Shown: positions 54,537-64,000, counted from the first letter of the stretch. The stretch: DNA of 64,000 nt from Candidatus Omnitrophota bacterium (GCA_016196555.1 JACPXL010000002.1:17865-81864); one strand, 5' to 3'. Program-made: numbers and translations. The notes: generated by a model from the letters alone, not told the origin.

Positions 54537-55571
54537 TTACGACTTTACTTTCGTGCCGTTATGAGGAGAGATTGCTGGAGCGCTCGAAATTTTCTCGATG
54601 ATATGGGTATTAATGTTTTGGGAAACAACTTCACCCGCAACCCGGATTGCATTACGGATGGCTTTAGATGACGAGATGCCGTGGCTGATAATCACGGTTC
54701 CATCCACTCCAAGAAGCGGAGCGCCTCCGGCTTCTTCATAATTAGTTTCGCGGCGAATGGACTCCATGGCCGGTTTACAAAGAAGAGCGCCCAGCATCGT
54801 AATCGGATTTTTCTTCAGTTCCCGCGTAATTAAGGCAACCGCTGTTTCAAGAACACTTTCGCACATTTTTAAAACGACGTTGCCAACAAAACCATCGCAG
54901 ATAATGCAATCAACCTTTCCGGTAAAAAAATCACGTCCTTCGATATTTCCAATGAAGTTCAGACTTGATTCCCGCAAAAGTTTATAGGCTTCTTTCAGAA
55001 CTTCTGTGCCTTTGGATTCTTCTTCACCGATATTCAAGAGTCCAATCGAAGGTCTTTTCTTTTTATAAATAGCGCGCGCATAAACATCCGCCATCACAGC
55101 ATATTGGTAAAGCTCTTCGGCCGAGGGATTGATATTGGCGCCGACGTCCATGGCGATCGAAATACCGTGTAGTGTGGGGGTGCTGATGGCGATTCCAGGG
55201 CGTTTAATCCCAGGTAAAAGTCCAAGAATCAATGCGGATGCGGCAACTGCGGCCCCGGTGTTGCCGGCCGTCACGACCGCGTCAACTTTCTTTTGTTTCA
55301 AGAGATCGATACAAACACCAATGGACGAGCGCTTCTTTTTTTTAATTGCAGAGACCGGAGACTCCCCCATTTCCACGATTTCAGGAGCTTCTTCAAGAAT
55401 GATTTTGCCTCCGAGTACGCGATGGCGATTGAGTTCCCGTTTGAGTGCTTCGGTTTGTCCGACCAAAACAACCTCCAAATGAGCAAAATCATTGGCTGCT
55501 GCCACTGCCCCTTCAACTACAACCTGCGGCGCGTAATCGCCGCCCATTCCGTCAACTGCGATGCGAATCAT
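54537..55571 (-). CDS. plsX: Phosphate acyltransferase PlsX
   Basis: IAVDGMGGDYAP, NTGA, and the conserved gene order rpmF-plsX-fabH. Confidence 0.95.
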   Translation of the reverse strand: MIRIAVDGMGGDYAPQVVVEGAVAAANDFAHLEVVLVGQTEALKRELNRHRVLGGKIILEEAPEIVEMGESPVSAIKKKKRSSIGVCIDLLKQKKVDAVVTAGNTGAAVAASALILGLLPGIKRPGIAISTPTLHGISIAMDVGANINPSAEELYQYAVMADVYARAIYKKKRPSIGLLNIGEEESKGTEVLKEAYKLLRESSLNFIGNIEGRDFFTGKVDCIICDGFVGNVVLKMCESVLETAVALITRELKKNPITMLGALLCKPAMESIRRETNYEEAGGAPLLGVDGTVIISHGISSSKAIRNAIRVAGEVVSQNINTHIIEKISSAPAISPHNGTKVKS

Positions 55572-55587
55572 TGAATTATCTCCGAAT

Positions 55588-55788
55588 TTATCGAGAAGGC
55601 TTTTTCTCTTTGACTTTAATTGTCAATACTTGTTTGCCCCGGTAATATCCGCAAGCGGGACAAATCCTATGATTCATCAGCGGACCGCCGCAATGAGTGC
55701 ATTTGGATGTTCCCGGTGCGGTCAAAAAGTCATGAGCGCGGCGCAGGCGTGTTCGCGTATTGGAATGACGACGTTTTGGATTAGCCAT
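55588..55788 (-). CDS. rpmF: 50S ribosomal protein L32
   Basis: MANPKRRHSNTRTRLRRAH and a CxxC...CxxC zinc ribbon. Confidence 0.95.
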   Translation of the reverse strand: MANPKRRHSNTRTRLRRAHDFLTAPGTSKCTHCGGPLMNHRICPACGYYRGKQVLTIKVKEKKPSR

Positions 55789-56260
55789 GGTGTTTCTCCT
55801 TCTTCTTTAATCTTGTCATTCGGACTTCCGAAAAAAAGCCGCCGGATGTTTGTTTGTCGCATTGACACTTTGTTTCATTAAGATTGACGCCGCATTTGGG
55901 GCAAAGTCCCTGACAATCTTTGCGGCAAACAAATGAAATCGGATGATCAAGAATCAGAACTTCCCGAATATCCGGCAAAGTTTCAATCTCTTCTTTGCCT
56001 TTGATTTCATAAAAAAATTCAAACGGCTGTTCCACACGGTCTGGAACAGCCTTTAGACATCGGCCGCAGATATGATCAATTTCACTGCGGAGCAAACCGC
56101 GGAAAGTGAGAGTGTCGAGACCTTTCTCGACCGTCCCCTGCATTTCAAGCGGTTTGGAATATTTAAGGTCGACAAATTCAATCTCAAGTTTTTTAGGATC
56201 GTACTTCTGCGAAACCGCAGCAGGGACCCCAGTTTTATAATCATGTAAATAGATTTTCAT
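55781..56260 (-). CDS. yceD: YceD/DUF177 family protein
   Basis: CGRCL...CRKDCQGLCPKCGVNLN cysteine pattern and its position upstream of rpmF. Confidence 0.85.
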   Translation of the reverse strand: MKIYLHDYKTGVPAAVSQKYDPKKLEIEFVDLKYSKPLEMQGTVEKGLDTLTFRGLLRSEIDHICGRCLKAVPDRVEQPFEFFYEIKGKEEIETLPDIREVLILDHPISFVCRKDCQGLCPKCGVNLNETKCQCDKQTSGGFFSEVRMTRLKKKEKHHG

Positions 56261-56742
56261 AAATAAAGACGTTCATGAATTTTTTTTGCCACAAATTTTG
56301 GAACAAAATAAGAAATGTCCCCTTTTAAAGTCGCGATTTCCTTGATCAACCTTGACGAAACGTAAAAATGGGATTCTGACGGCATTAAAAACACCGTGTC
56401 CACTTTCATCGAAAGCCTGCGGTTTGTCAGGGCCATCTGGAATTCATAATCAAAATCAGAAGTGGCCCGCAATCCGCGGATAATCGTCCTAGCTTTTTTT
56501 GAGACTGCGTATTCGACAGTCAAGTTGTTCATACTGTCGACTTTGACTCCGCGCAGCCCCTTGACCGCCCGGCGCATGAAATCCAGGCGCTCCTCAACGG
56601 TAAACATGGTCTGTTTTTCAGCGTTAACCGCCACGACAATCAGGACTTCGTCAAAGAGCGATAGAGCCCGTTTAACCAGGTCCAAATGACCGTAAGTAAC
56701 GGGATCAAAGCTCCCCGGATATATAGCTCTTCGTTTCTCCAT
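56257..56742 (-). CDS. coaD: Phosphopantetheine adenylyltransferase
   Basis: AIYPGSFDPVTYGHLD and ISSRLIKE-type motifs. Confidence 0.95.
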   Translation of the reverse strand: MEKRRAIYPGSFDPVTYGHLDLVKRALSLFDEVLIVVAVNAEKQTMFTVEERLDFMRRAVKGLRGVKVDSMNNLTVEYAVSKKARTIIRGLRATSDFDYEFQMALTNRRLSMKVDTVFLMPSESHFYVSSRLIKEIATLKGDISYFVPKFVAKKIHERLYL

Positions 56743-57301
56743 GTTTTGACTCCAGCCGGAATAAAAACGATAAGCAAGCCTGCCCTATTCGTTTCGTCCG
56801 GGTTAATCGCAACTCTTGAAAGGATGGAGGTATTTCTTCATGCCGGGAGTGGCCCACGACAATGTGCGCGAAAGGCGTCAATATACCAGATAGGTCGAGC
56901 TTGTTCAACGTCTTTTTCACAAGTCCTTGATTGAACGGAGGATCCACAAACACAACCGAGTAAAGTTGGCCCTCTTTTTTGAGTTTATCAATGCTTCGGA
57001 GCACATCCCCTTTAATGATTCGGCTTCGGGGCGTCAAATTAAGATCTTTGAGATTGGTCTGAATGACCCGGACGGCCCAATCGGCTTGATCCACGAAGGT
57101 CACGTCTAAAGCGCCGCGGCTCAGCGATTCGAGTCCGACGCTCCCGCTTCCCGAGTATAAATCCAAAATGTGTTTGCCGATGACCAATCCTCCCAAAACA
57201 TTAAATAAAGTTTCCTTGGTTTTGTCGGTCATAGGCCGAGTTAAACGCGATTTTGGAAATTGAATTTTTCGTGATTTTAACTCTCCGCCAATAATTCTCA
57301 T
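56705..57301 (-). CDS. rsmD: 16S rRNA (guanine966-N2)-methyltransferase RsmD
   Basis: MRIIGGELKSRKI, DLYSGSGSVGLE, and VFVDPPF motifs. 38-nt overlap with coaD. Confidence 0.9.
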   Translation of the reverse strand: MRIIGGELKSRKIQFPKSRLTRPMTDKTKETLFNVLGGLVIGKHILDLYSGSGSVGLESLSRGALDVTFVDQADWAVRVIQTNLKDLNLTPRSRIIKGDVLRSIDKLKKEGQLYSVVFVDPPFNQGLVKKTLNKLDLSGILTPFAHIVVGHSRHEEIPPSFQELRLTRTKRIGQACLSFLFRLESKHGETKSYISGEL

Positions 57302-57319
57302 AAGTTTCTCGATCCTCCG

Positions 57320-59380
57320 TTAGTACCGCAGGGGAAATTGTTCTAAATGATTTTGAATAGCACGCCATTCCGGCGATGACTCTCTTGCCGACCGGTGAAT
57401 TAAATCCAGCGCAATCTTTCGGGTCTTAAGCAAAATTTCATAGTCCAATACGGGATTGGCAATATGGAATAAAGGTTCACCGCTCTGGCGTGTGCCCCAA
57501 AAATCTCCCGCTCCGCGCAATTTCAGGTCTTCTTCCGCAATTAAAAAGCCGTCTTGTGATTTTGTTAAAATCCGGAGGCGTTTTTTCCCTTCCTCCGTTT
57601 TCGGTTCTCCAAAAAGAAAACACTCCGAGGGATTGACTCCCCGGCCAATGCGGCCGCGCATTTGATGAAGCTGAGAAAGTCCGAACCGTTCCGCATTTTC
57701 GATGACAATGGCGGTAGTATTCGGATTATCGACGCCGACTTCAATGACAGATGTTGCCACAAGAACGGAAATTTCTCCACGATTAAAAGCCTGCATGCTT
57801 CGATTCCGTTCCTCCGTGCTTAACCGGCCATGGACAAGCCCGATTGAAATATCCTTAAAAACAGATTTTTTCAGTCTTTCATATTCCCGGGTGGCCGCAA
57901 GCATATCGCTTTTTTCCGTTTCCTCGATCAGAGGAAAAATGAAATAAGCCTGCTCCCCTTTCTGGATTTTTTGAAGAATGCGAAGCAGAACATCTTCCTG
58001 TTTGGCTCGGGTAATCCAATAAGTTTTGACGGGTTTTCTTCCCGCCGGAAGTTCTTTGAGCGCTGAGACATCCAAATCACCGTAAACCGTAAGTGCTAAG
58101 GTGCGCGGAATGGGTGTTGCAGTCATGACGAGTTGATGCGGCCGCGGATTCATATTCAGCAGCTGGCATCGCTGATGAACGCCAAATTTATGCTGCTCGT
58201 CGACAATGACCAGTGACAGTTTCCCAAAGCGAATATCTTCCTGCAAAAGCGCATGGGTCCCCACTAAAAGCATGGGCTTGCTCTGGCGAAGTTCTGCGAT
58301 GAGCCGTTCCCGGCGCGCAGGTGGAGTACTTGCGGTAATTAATTCCACCGGAATTGAAAAGGCTTCAAGAAACCGAGCAAGAGTTCTGTAATGCTGTTCA
58401 GCTAGAATTTCGGTCGGGACCAGGACAGCTGCCTGATAATTATTTTTAACGGCGGCAAGCGCAGCAAAAGCAGCGATGACGGTTTTACCGCTGCCCACAT
58501 CGCCCATGAGCAAGCGATTCATAGGGATCGTTTTCCCCAGATCTTCAACCAGACTTTTCAGCGCACTCTCTTGGCCTGCAGTCAATCGAAACGGAAGACT
58601 CTTTTTGAAGTCTTCTATCCAAGTGGATGCGATTGGCAATGCGGAGGCGCGATACTTGCTTTTCATATGTTCGATTTTTTTTAAGAGAGTCATTTCAAAA
58701 AGAAGAAATTCATCAAAAACAATACGATAACGCGCTTCATCTAATTTTTGAAAGGAACTCGGGAAATGCATTTCGCGTATAGCTTCCGAGAGTTCCATCA
58801 ACTGATGTTCTTTGCGAAAAGCCGGCGTGAGGTATTCTTGAATCGATTTTTCCAGCTGGGTCTGGACCACTTCACGCAGCGTCGTGCGCAGAGAGCGTTG
58901 AAAAAGTCCTTCGGTGAGAGGATAAATGGGTGTAATGCGTCCGGTGTGAATTCCCTCCTGATCCTGGTCAAACAACTCATATTCGGGTGAAATCATTTGA
59001 AGCCGGTCTTGATAAAGGTCGACTTTACCGTAAAAAATGACTTCTTGATCGGGCTGGAATTGATTTTTTAAATAAGGCTGATTAAACCAGATGGCGGGAA
59101 TGGCGCCGGTTTCGTCTCCGATGAGAACCTCGACAAGCCGAGTCCGGCGCATCGGTTTTAATTTGACGGTCAAAATTTTGCCGCGAAGAGTAATGGTTTC
59201 GCCAGGAAGAACTTGGGAAATTGTTTTTAAGTGGCTGCGGTCTTCGTAGCGTCTGGGGAAAAAGTAAAGCAGATCACGGGGCGAGCGGACACCAAATTTC
59301 TCTAAGAGAAGGGCTTTTTTTGGACCCACCCCTTTCAGAAAACGTATGCCAGAGGTTTCAACCGGAGCTTGAATATTCAT
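57320..59380 (-). CDS. recG: ATP-dependent DNA helicase RecG
   Basis: Wedge domain, Walker A GDVGSGKT, DEQH box, and QLHQMRGRIGRG. Confidence 0.96.
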   Translation of the reverse strand: MNIQAPVETSGIRFLKGVGPKKALLLEKFGVRSPRDLLYFFPRRYEDRSHLKTISQVLPGETITLRGKILTVKLKPMRRTRLVEVLIGDETGAIPAIWFNQPYLKNQFQPDQEVIFYGKVDLYQDRLQMISPEYELFDQDQEGIHTGRITPIYPLTEGLFQRSLRTTLREVVQTQLEKSIQEYLTPAFRKEHQLMELSEAIREMHFPSSFQKLDEARYRIVFDEFLLFEMTLLKKIEHMKSKYRASALPIASTWIEDFKKSLPFRLTAGQESALKSLVEDLGKTIPMNRLLMGDVGSGKTVIAAFAALAAVKNNYQAAVLVPTEILAEQHYRTLARFLEAFSIPVELITASTPPARRERLIAELRQSKPMLLVGTHALLQEDIRFGKLSLVIVDEQHKFGVHQRCQLLNMNPRPHQLVMTATPIPRTLALTVYGDLDVSALKELPAGRKPVKTYWITRAKQEDVLLRILQKIQKGEQAYFIFPLIEETEKSDMLAATREYERLKKSVFKDISIGLVHGRLSTEERNRSMQAFNRGEISVLVATSVIEVGVDNPNTTAIVIENAERFGLSQLHQMRGRIGRGVNPSECFLFGEPKTEEGKKRLRILTKSQDGFLIAEEDLKLRGAGDFWGTRQSGEPLFHIANPVLDYEILLKTRKIALDLIHRSARESSPEWRAIQNHLEQFPLRY

Positions 59381-59404
59381 CGGTGCTGAACAACACCAAT
59401 TTGT

Positions 59405-59809
59405 TTAGGGATTTGGGGCAGAGGGTGCAGCGGCATTTGTTTCGGCCGGTTTTGCCGCGGGTGCCGGAGGAGTATTCGTTTTTTGCTCTTCTTTGATTTT
59501 TTCCAGTGCTTTTTTAATAGCGGCGACATCTACAGGAGCCGTTTGCTGGCGATTTCCTTCCAACAGACTTCGACTCTTACGAACTTCGATAATATCGAGA
59601 CCGATGCAGGTAAAAAGAAAGCAAATGGCAGCGACCGTCGTGGCCTTGGAAAGAAAATCGGCGGCCCGTGTACCAAATAAAGACTGCACATTCCCACTTC
59701 CAAAGTTAGGCCCCGTTAATCCTTGGCCGCGGCCTGCTTGAAGCAGAATAACAGCGATTAATAGAAAACAAACGATGACGTGCACAGTGGTAATTAAAAT
59801 AGTAATCAT
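59405..59809 (-). CDS. secG: Preprotein translocase subunit SecG with a C-terminal extension of about 60 aa
   Basis: VILLQAGRGQGL...LFG and two TM helices, followed by a charged/Pro-Ala-rich tail. 4-nt overlap with tpiA. Confidence 0.85.
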   Translation of the reverse strand: MITILITTVHVIVCFLLIAVILLQAGRGQGLTGPNFGSGNVQSLFGTRAADFLSKATTVAAICFLFTCIGLDIIEVRKSRSLLEGNRQQTAPVDVAAIKKALEKIKEEQKTNTPPAPAAKPAETNAAAPSAPNP

Positions 59810-60588
59810 TTTCTAGCCTCGACCTTGGATTGTTCAGCTGCCAGAACGACAAGTTGTGAGAAAGATTCTGCTTTTAAAGATGCTCCACCGACCAGGGCTC
59901 CATCCACATTAGGTTTTCGAATGAGTAAGCCAATATTATCCGGCTTCACACTGCCGCCGTAAAGAATCAAAACGCGCGAAGCAACTTCACCGCCATATTT
60001 TTCATTTAAAAGCCGGCGGATATAGGAATGCATTTGTTCCGCTTGTTCAGGAGTGGCCGTCTTCCCTGTTCCAATGGCCCACACGGGTTCATACGCGATC
60101 ACAAGCCGCAAGATGTCTTCTTTAGTCAAGTCTGCAAACGATTGATCGAATTGACCTTTGACAACTTCCAGAAATTGGCGATTGTCCCGTTGAGCGAGAG
60201 TTTCACCGATGCAAACAATGGGAATTAAACTGTATTTCAATGCGATTTTGACTTTCTCATTAATGAAATCGTCTGTCTCATGAAAATATTGGCGCCGTTC
60301 AGGATGACCTAAAATGACATACCGGCATCCAACATTTTTAATCATAATGGGAGAAATTTCTCCCGTGAAAGCACCTTCCGTAGCAGGATAGATATTCTGC
60401 GCACCGAGGGCAATCGGGCCATCTGCTAAGATTTTGGAAACTGCGGCCAAAGCTGTAAATGGCGGGCAAATCACAACGTCACAATCCGTGACTTTATAAA
60501 CGCCGGCCTTGATGGTTTGGACAAGCGTAACTGCTTCGTCCACAGTCTTGAACATTTTCCAGTTACCGGCAATGAGAGGTTTTTTCAT
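59806..60588 (-). CDS. tpiA: Triosephosphate isomerase
   Basis: IAGNWKM, ILGHPERR, AYEPVWAIGTG. Confidence 0.96.
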   Translation of the reverse strand: MKKPLIAGNWKMFKTVDEAVTLVQTIKAGVYKVTDCDVVICPPFTALAAVSKILADGPIALGAQNIYPATEGAFTGEISPIMIKNVGCRYVILGHPERRQYFHETDDFINEKVKIALKYSLIPIVCIGETLAQRDNRQFLEVVKGQFDQSFADLTKEDILRLVIAYEPVWAIGTGKTATPEQAEQMHSYIRRLLNEKYGGEVASRVLILYGGSVKPDNIGLLIRKPNVDGALVGGASLKAESFSQLVVLAAEQSKVEARK

Positions 60589-60598
60589 AAGGGATTAT

Positions 60599-61822
60599 TT
60601 AGCAGCAAGTATGCGCGGATTTTTGACCCTTTGTGTTGGATTTGTCCAAAAGCGCATCAACGCCCGGAAGGACTGTGCCCTCTAGATATTCCAGAGAGGC
60701 TCCTCCACCGGTGGACACATGGGCCATTTTATTTTCGAGCCCGAGCGCAATCACAGCAGCGGCGGTATCTCCTCCGCCGATAATGGTCGTTGTTCCTTTT
60801 TTAGCGGCCAGGAATTGAGCAATTTCACGGGTCCCGTAATCAAACGGCGGAATTTCAAAAACACCGACAGGACCGTTCCAAACAACAGTTTTTGCTCCCG
60901 CAAGAAGTTCTTTATATTTTTTTACGGTTTCCGGCCCGATATCAAAACCCGACCAACCGTCAGGAATGTCGCCCGTCACGATTTGAGACGGAGCGCCTTT
61001 TTCCATTTTTTGTGCGATCACACGGTCTATAGGAAAATATAAGGGGAAATTTTTTGCCTTGGCTTTTGCCAGAGCTTCTTTAGCGGCGGGTTCTCCGGCC
61101 GGCTCAAATTTTGAATTTCCGATTTTGATTCCCTGCACTTTATAGAAGGTATAAGCCATTGCCCCGCCGATTAAAATCATGTCGGATTTTTCGATTAAAT
61201 TGCTGATGAGTTTGATTTTATCGGAGACTTTGGCTCCGCCTAAGATAGCGACAAAAGGCCGGTCTGGATTACTTGTGGCTTTATCAAAATATTCAATTTC
61301 CTTAGCCAGAAGAAAACCGGCAACGGCTGGTAAACACTTCGTGATTCCAGCGGTCGAAGCATGAGCCCGGTGCGCTGCTCCAAAGGCATCATTAACATAA
61401 ATCTCGCCGAGCGACGCTAATTCCTTGGCAAAAGCAGGATCATTTTTCTCTTCTTCTTCATGAAAGCGAAGATTTTCAAGCATTACGATATCGCCGGTTT
61501 TCATCTCTTTAACCGCGGCTTGTACAGCCGGGCCAACACAATCTGAAAGGAGTTTTACATTCCGTTTGAGAAGCTTACCAAGATGATTGGCCGCGGGTTT
61601 GAGTGTGTATTTGGGATCCGGCTTGCCTTTGGGACGTCCTAAATGGGACATCAAAATAAGTTTGGCGTTTTGATCCAAAGCATAACGAAGGGTATCAAGG
61701 GATTTGGTAATACGGCTGTCGTCAGTGATATTCCCCTGTTCATCCTGGGGAACATTGTAATCGACCCGAATCAGCACTCTTTTATTTTTGATATCAATGT
61801 CTTTGATGGTTTGTTTATGCAT
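60599..61822 (-). CDS. pgk: Phosphoglycerate kinase
   Basis: VLIRVDYNVP, SHLGRPKG, and GGGDTAAAV. Start at ATG 61822 (MHKQTIKD). The 30-aa track extension is rejected. Confidence 0.95.
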   Translation of the reverse strand: MHKQTIKDIDIKNKRVLIRVDYNVPQDEQGNITDDSRITKSLDTLRYALDQNAKLILMSHLGRPKGKPDPKYTLKPAANHLGKLLKRNVKLLSDCVGPAVQAAVKEMKTGDIVMLENLRFHEEEEKNDPAFAKELASLGEIYVNDAFGAAHRAHASTAGITKCLPAVAGFLLAKEIEYFDKATSNPDRPFVAILGGAKVSDKIKLISNLIEKSDMILIGGAMAYTFYKVQGIKIGNSKFEPAGEPAAKEALAKAKAKNFPLYFPIDRVIAQKMEKGAPSQIVTGDIPDGWSGFDIGPETVKKYKELLAGAKTVVWNGPVGVFEIPPFDYGTREIAQFLAAKKGTTTIIGGGDTAAAVIALGLENKMAHVSTGGGASLEYLEGTVLPGVDALLDKSNTKGQKSAHTCC

Positions 61823-61831
61823 AGACGAGCA

Positions 61832-61859
61832 ATTATATCGATTTTGCCTCATTTTCCAA
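61832..61859 (-). promoter_or_regulatory. Sigma70 promoter TTGGAA-N16-TATAAT, with the -10 ending 9 nt before the pgk ATG
   Basis: On the minus strand, TTGGAA is at 61859-61854 and TATAAT at 61837-61832. There is no SD in the 9-nt gap. Confidence 0.55.
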
Positions 61860-61890
61860 GTGATTTTCCAAAAGGCATATTTTGAGCTTA

Positions 61891-61899
61891 TGTTATAAT
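61891..61899 (+). promoter_or_regulatory. Extended -10 promoter TGTTATAAT ending 6 nt before ATG 61906
   Basis: A perfect TGnTATAAT. The 6-nt gap (cccgcc) has no SD. Confidence 0.55.
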
Positions 61900-61905
61900 C
61901 CCGCC

Positions 61906-62880
61906 ATGCCAAAACAAGCTCTGACCAAGATTGTTTTTCTCGATGCCGGCACCGTGGATTACGGAGACATTTCCCTTCGAGATTTTAAACGTTTGGGAAA
62001 ATTTAAGGCCTATCGATTGACACCGCTTCAAAAAATTGTTTCGAGAATACAAGCGGCTTCCATCGTCATGACCAACAAATGCCGGCTTAATGCAGAAATA
62101 CTTTCAAAAGCCCGGCTTTTAAAACTGATTGTGCTGGCCGCCACCGGGACAAATAACGTGGATCTCGATTATTGCCGCAAGCATCAAATCGCGGTTGCGA
62201 ATGTGGCCGGATATTCCACGGAATCCGTGGTGCAATTCACCTTTGCCTTTCTTTTATCGTTGGCCGGCAATTTGAACGAATTGAATAAAGCATCTCATGA
62301 CGGCACCTGGAGCCGCTCCCCCTTTTTTAGTCTGCCTGGAATATGCTTTCACGAAATACGTGGGAGAATTTTGGGGATTATAGGTTATGGCGATATCGGA
62401 AGCCGTGTGGCCCAAATCGCCCGGACTTTTGGGATGCAGGTGCTTATTGGAAAAATTCCGGGAAGAATCTATTCGAATGCAGAGAAAAAGAATCGCATCT
62501 CAATTGAAACATTGATGAAAAAGTCAGATTTCGTCAGCCTCCATGCTCCGCTTACACCGCTCACCGAAAAAATCATCAATGCCCGAACATTAAGAATGAT
62601 GAAGAGGGAAGCCTTCCTTATTAATATGGCACGAGGCGGGCTTGTTGATGAAAAAGCCCTTCGGCAAGCATTGATCAGCAGAAAAATTGCCGGCGCAGCA
62701 TGCGATGTTTTATCGCAAGAACCTCCGGCCCGAAATCATATTTTGCTTAACACTCCAAATCTTCTATTAACGCCTCACATTGCTTGGGCAAGTTTGGAAG
62801 CGCGCGAGCAGCTCGTTCGAGAAATGGCAGAGAATATTCGGGCGTTTCAGGCGGGACGTAAACGAAGCCGCGTTGTTTGA
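61906..62880 (+). CDS. D-isomer-specific 2-hydroxyacid dehydrogenase (glycerate dehydrogenase/hydroxypyruvate reductase-like)
   Basis: NAD-binding GIIGYGDIGSRVA and catalytic R/E/H context (MARGGLVDE, TPHIAW). Confidence 0.85.
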   Translation: MPKQALTKIVFLDAGTVDYGDISLRDFKRLGKFKAYRLTPLQKIVSRIQAASIVMTNKCRLNAEILSKARLLKLIVLAATGTNNVDLDYCRKHQIAVANVAGYSTESVVQFTFAFLLSLAGNLNELNKASHDGTWSRSPFFSLPGICFHEIRGRILGIIGYGDIGSRVAQIARTFGMQVLIGKIPGRIYSNAEKKNRISIETLMKKSDFVSLHAPLTPLTEKIINARTLRMMKREAFLINMARGGLVDEKALRQALISRKIAGAACDVLSQEPPARNHILLNTPNLLLTPHIAWASLEAREQLVREMAENIRAFQAGRKRSRVV

Positions 62881-63720
62881 TCAGTTCCTGAAATTTGAAT
62901 TGCGCGTGATTTCAGCATAACCTTCCCGGAAAGTTGGAAATTGAAAAGAATACCCAAGCGATTTTAATTTTTTATTGGAGCAACGCTTTCCCCCCGGAGG
63001 CGAGTTTTTCAAAGAATCTTCATCCACCTTATCGACTAGACCGAGCGAATGGTAAAAAGAAGCTCGGCAGACAGGCTCATCATCCACTGCTAAATAGATG
63101 GATCCGGCCTCTGCTTTTTTGAATATCACCGGCATCATGGCTGCGATGTCGCTGACATGAATCATATTCACATATTCGTTCTGATTATTGGGCGTCATGG
63201 AATGATTCGAACGCGTCAAAGTATTTCGCTCCGGGCCATAAATTCCACCGAGCCGCAATATGACAACGGGAAATCCCGAATGAAGCAAAGCCTCTTCCGC
63301 CTGCAGAAGAATTCGCCCTCGCTCATTCTCCGGCTCCGGTGAGATTTGTTCATCAATCCATTCACCTTTTTTATCTCCGTAGACGCCTGTGCTGGAGAGA
63401 TAAACAATCAAATTTGGCGGAAATTTCTTTTGAAGAACTTTGAGAAGATTAGCAATGCCGGTAAGATAAATTTCGCGATAAGCCGATTCGCTGCGATCAT
63501 CGGGCGCCGCGGAAATGACCACGAAAGAAACGTCCGGGATATCGGTTAGTGTTTCAGGTTTTGTCAGGTCGGCAATAATCGGTGTAATTCCAGCGGCTTC
63601 AAGTTGGGGCCTATTTTTATCGGAACGGATAATCCCCCACACCTTTTGCTTTTGTTCCCGGAAATACTTTCCAATCACGGTGCCGGTATAACCGCATCCC
63701 ACAATCAAAATTCGATACAT
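62881..63720 (-). CDS. NAD(P)-binding Rossmann-fold protein (SDR/epimerase-like)
   Basis: N-terminal ILIVGCGYTGTVIG dinucleotide-binding motif. Its stop abuts the convergent upstream stop (TGATCA). Confidence 0.65.
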   Translation of the reverse strand: MYRILIVGCGYTGTVIGKYFREQKQKVWGIIRSDKNRPQLEAAGITPIIADLTKPETLTDIPDVSFVVISAAPDDRSESAYREIYLTGIANLLKVLQKKFPPNLIVYLSSTGVYGDKKGEWIDEQISPEPENERGRILLQAEEALLHSGFPVVILRLGGIYGPERNTLTRSNHSMTPNNQNEYVNMIHVSDIAAMMPVIFKKAEAGSIYLAVDDEPVCRASFYHSLGLVDKVDEDSLKNSPPGGKRCSNKKLKSLGYSFQFPTFREGYAEITRNSNFRN

Positions 63721-63723
63721 GCT

Positions 63724-64000
63724 TTAGTTTTTCTTCAATTCCTTGGGAAGGCAGTCGATTTTGGCGGCGAGAATAAAGTCATTTTCTGACAAGCCACCAA
63801 TCGCATGCGTGCTTAATTCAATTCGAAGTTTTCGATAGCCGGTCAGATGAATGTCCGGATGATGATTGTCCGCTTCGGCGAGATCCGCAATGCGGTTAAT
63901 AAGCCCTACCGCAGCGACAAAATTCTTCATCGAATACTCAGCATAAATTAATTCCGCATTTCCCTTTAAGTGCCAATCGGTAAGCTCTTGAAGGTATTTC
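63724..64000 (-). CDS. phhB: Pterin-4-alpha-carbinolamine dehydratase; N-terminus lies beyond the window edge
   Basis: AEADNHHPDIHLTGYRKLRIELSTHAIGGLSENDF. The frame stays open upstream of the track ATG to the window end (KYLQELTDWHLKGNAELIYAEYS). Confidence 0.8.
   Translation of the reverse strand, partial: KYLQELTDWHLKGNAELIYAEYSMKNFVAAVGLINRIADLAEADNHHPDIHLTGYRKLRIELSTHAIGGLSENDFILAAKIDCLPKELKKN

Noticed and set aside
62878-62883. Convergent genes abut with stop codons forming TGATCA and no intergenic space.
   Set aside because: This is real but trivial: it only shows that no terminator hairpin separates the two genes. There is no further structure to interpret.
1-64000. I scanned for CRISPR arrays, tRNA/rRNA genes, transposases, integrases, phage genes, toxin-antitoxin pairs and recognisable defence systems.
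   Set aside because: None was seen. Every ORF over 100 aa that is not a shadow ORF is accounted for by the calls above, and intergenic space is minimal. A covariance-model scan (Rfam, tRNAscan-SE) would still be needed to exclude small RNAs.

Overview
This is a 64-kb bacterial chromosomal window with about 64 protein-coding genes. I recognised no rRNA, tRNA, CRISPR array or mobile element. The taxon cannot be assigned from the sequence alone. Bases 2-20495 carry 23 consecutive + strand CDS. They comprise cinA-thpR and an endonuclease III-related gene, then a type IVa-pilus-like assembly cluster, then housekeeping genes (rng, rmuC, pcm, cca, def). The pilus cluster is a stand-alone MshEN-like domain protein, two tandem PilB/GspE ATPases, pilC, a major pilin and pilMNOPQ. 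Bases 20628-61822 carry 41 consecutive - strand CDS. In order of transcription they are pgk-tpiA-secG, recG-rsmD-coaD, yceD-rpmF-plsX-fabHDG-acpP-fabF, smc-pgsA-plsY, a PC4-like gene, recA-recX-alaS, a fused hisDBHA-x-FI/trpEGDCF array, a PAS histidine kinase plus NtrC-type regulator, dnaK, and a MoxR/DUF58/Bat-like aerotolerance-type operon. The most notable signals follow. (1) A 28-bp dif-like XerC/D site sits in the convergent spacer where gene orientation flips, which suggests the replication terminus. (2) A stand-alone MshEN-type domain with two tandem 24-residue c-di-GMP-receptor-like motifs heads the pilus operon, while the N-domains of both ATPases look degenerate. (3) A sigma54-like -24/-12 element plus upstream inverted repeats lies between the NtrC-type regulator and dnaK, and the two-component pair is translationally coupled to trpF. 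(4) Five operon-first genes have consensus -10 boxes only 6-10 nt from the ATG and no Shine-Dalgarno, which suggests leaderless mRNAs. (5) A 7-bp inverted repeat covers the -35 and -10 of the recA promoter. Most of the window is ordinary core genome. None of the regulatory calls can be verified without computation or experiment.
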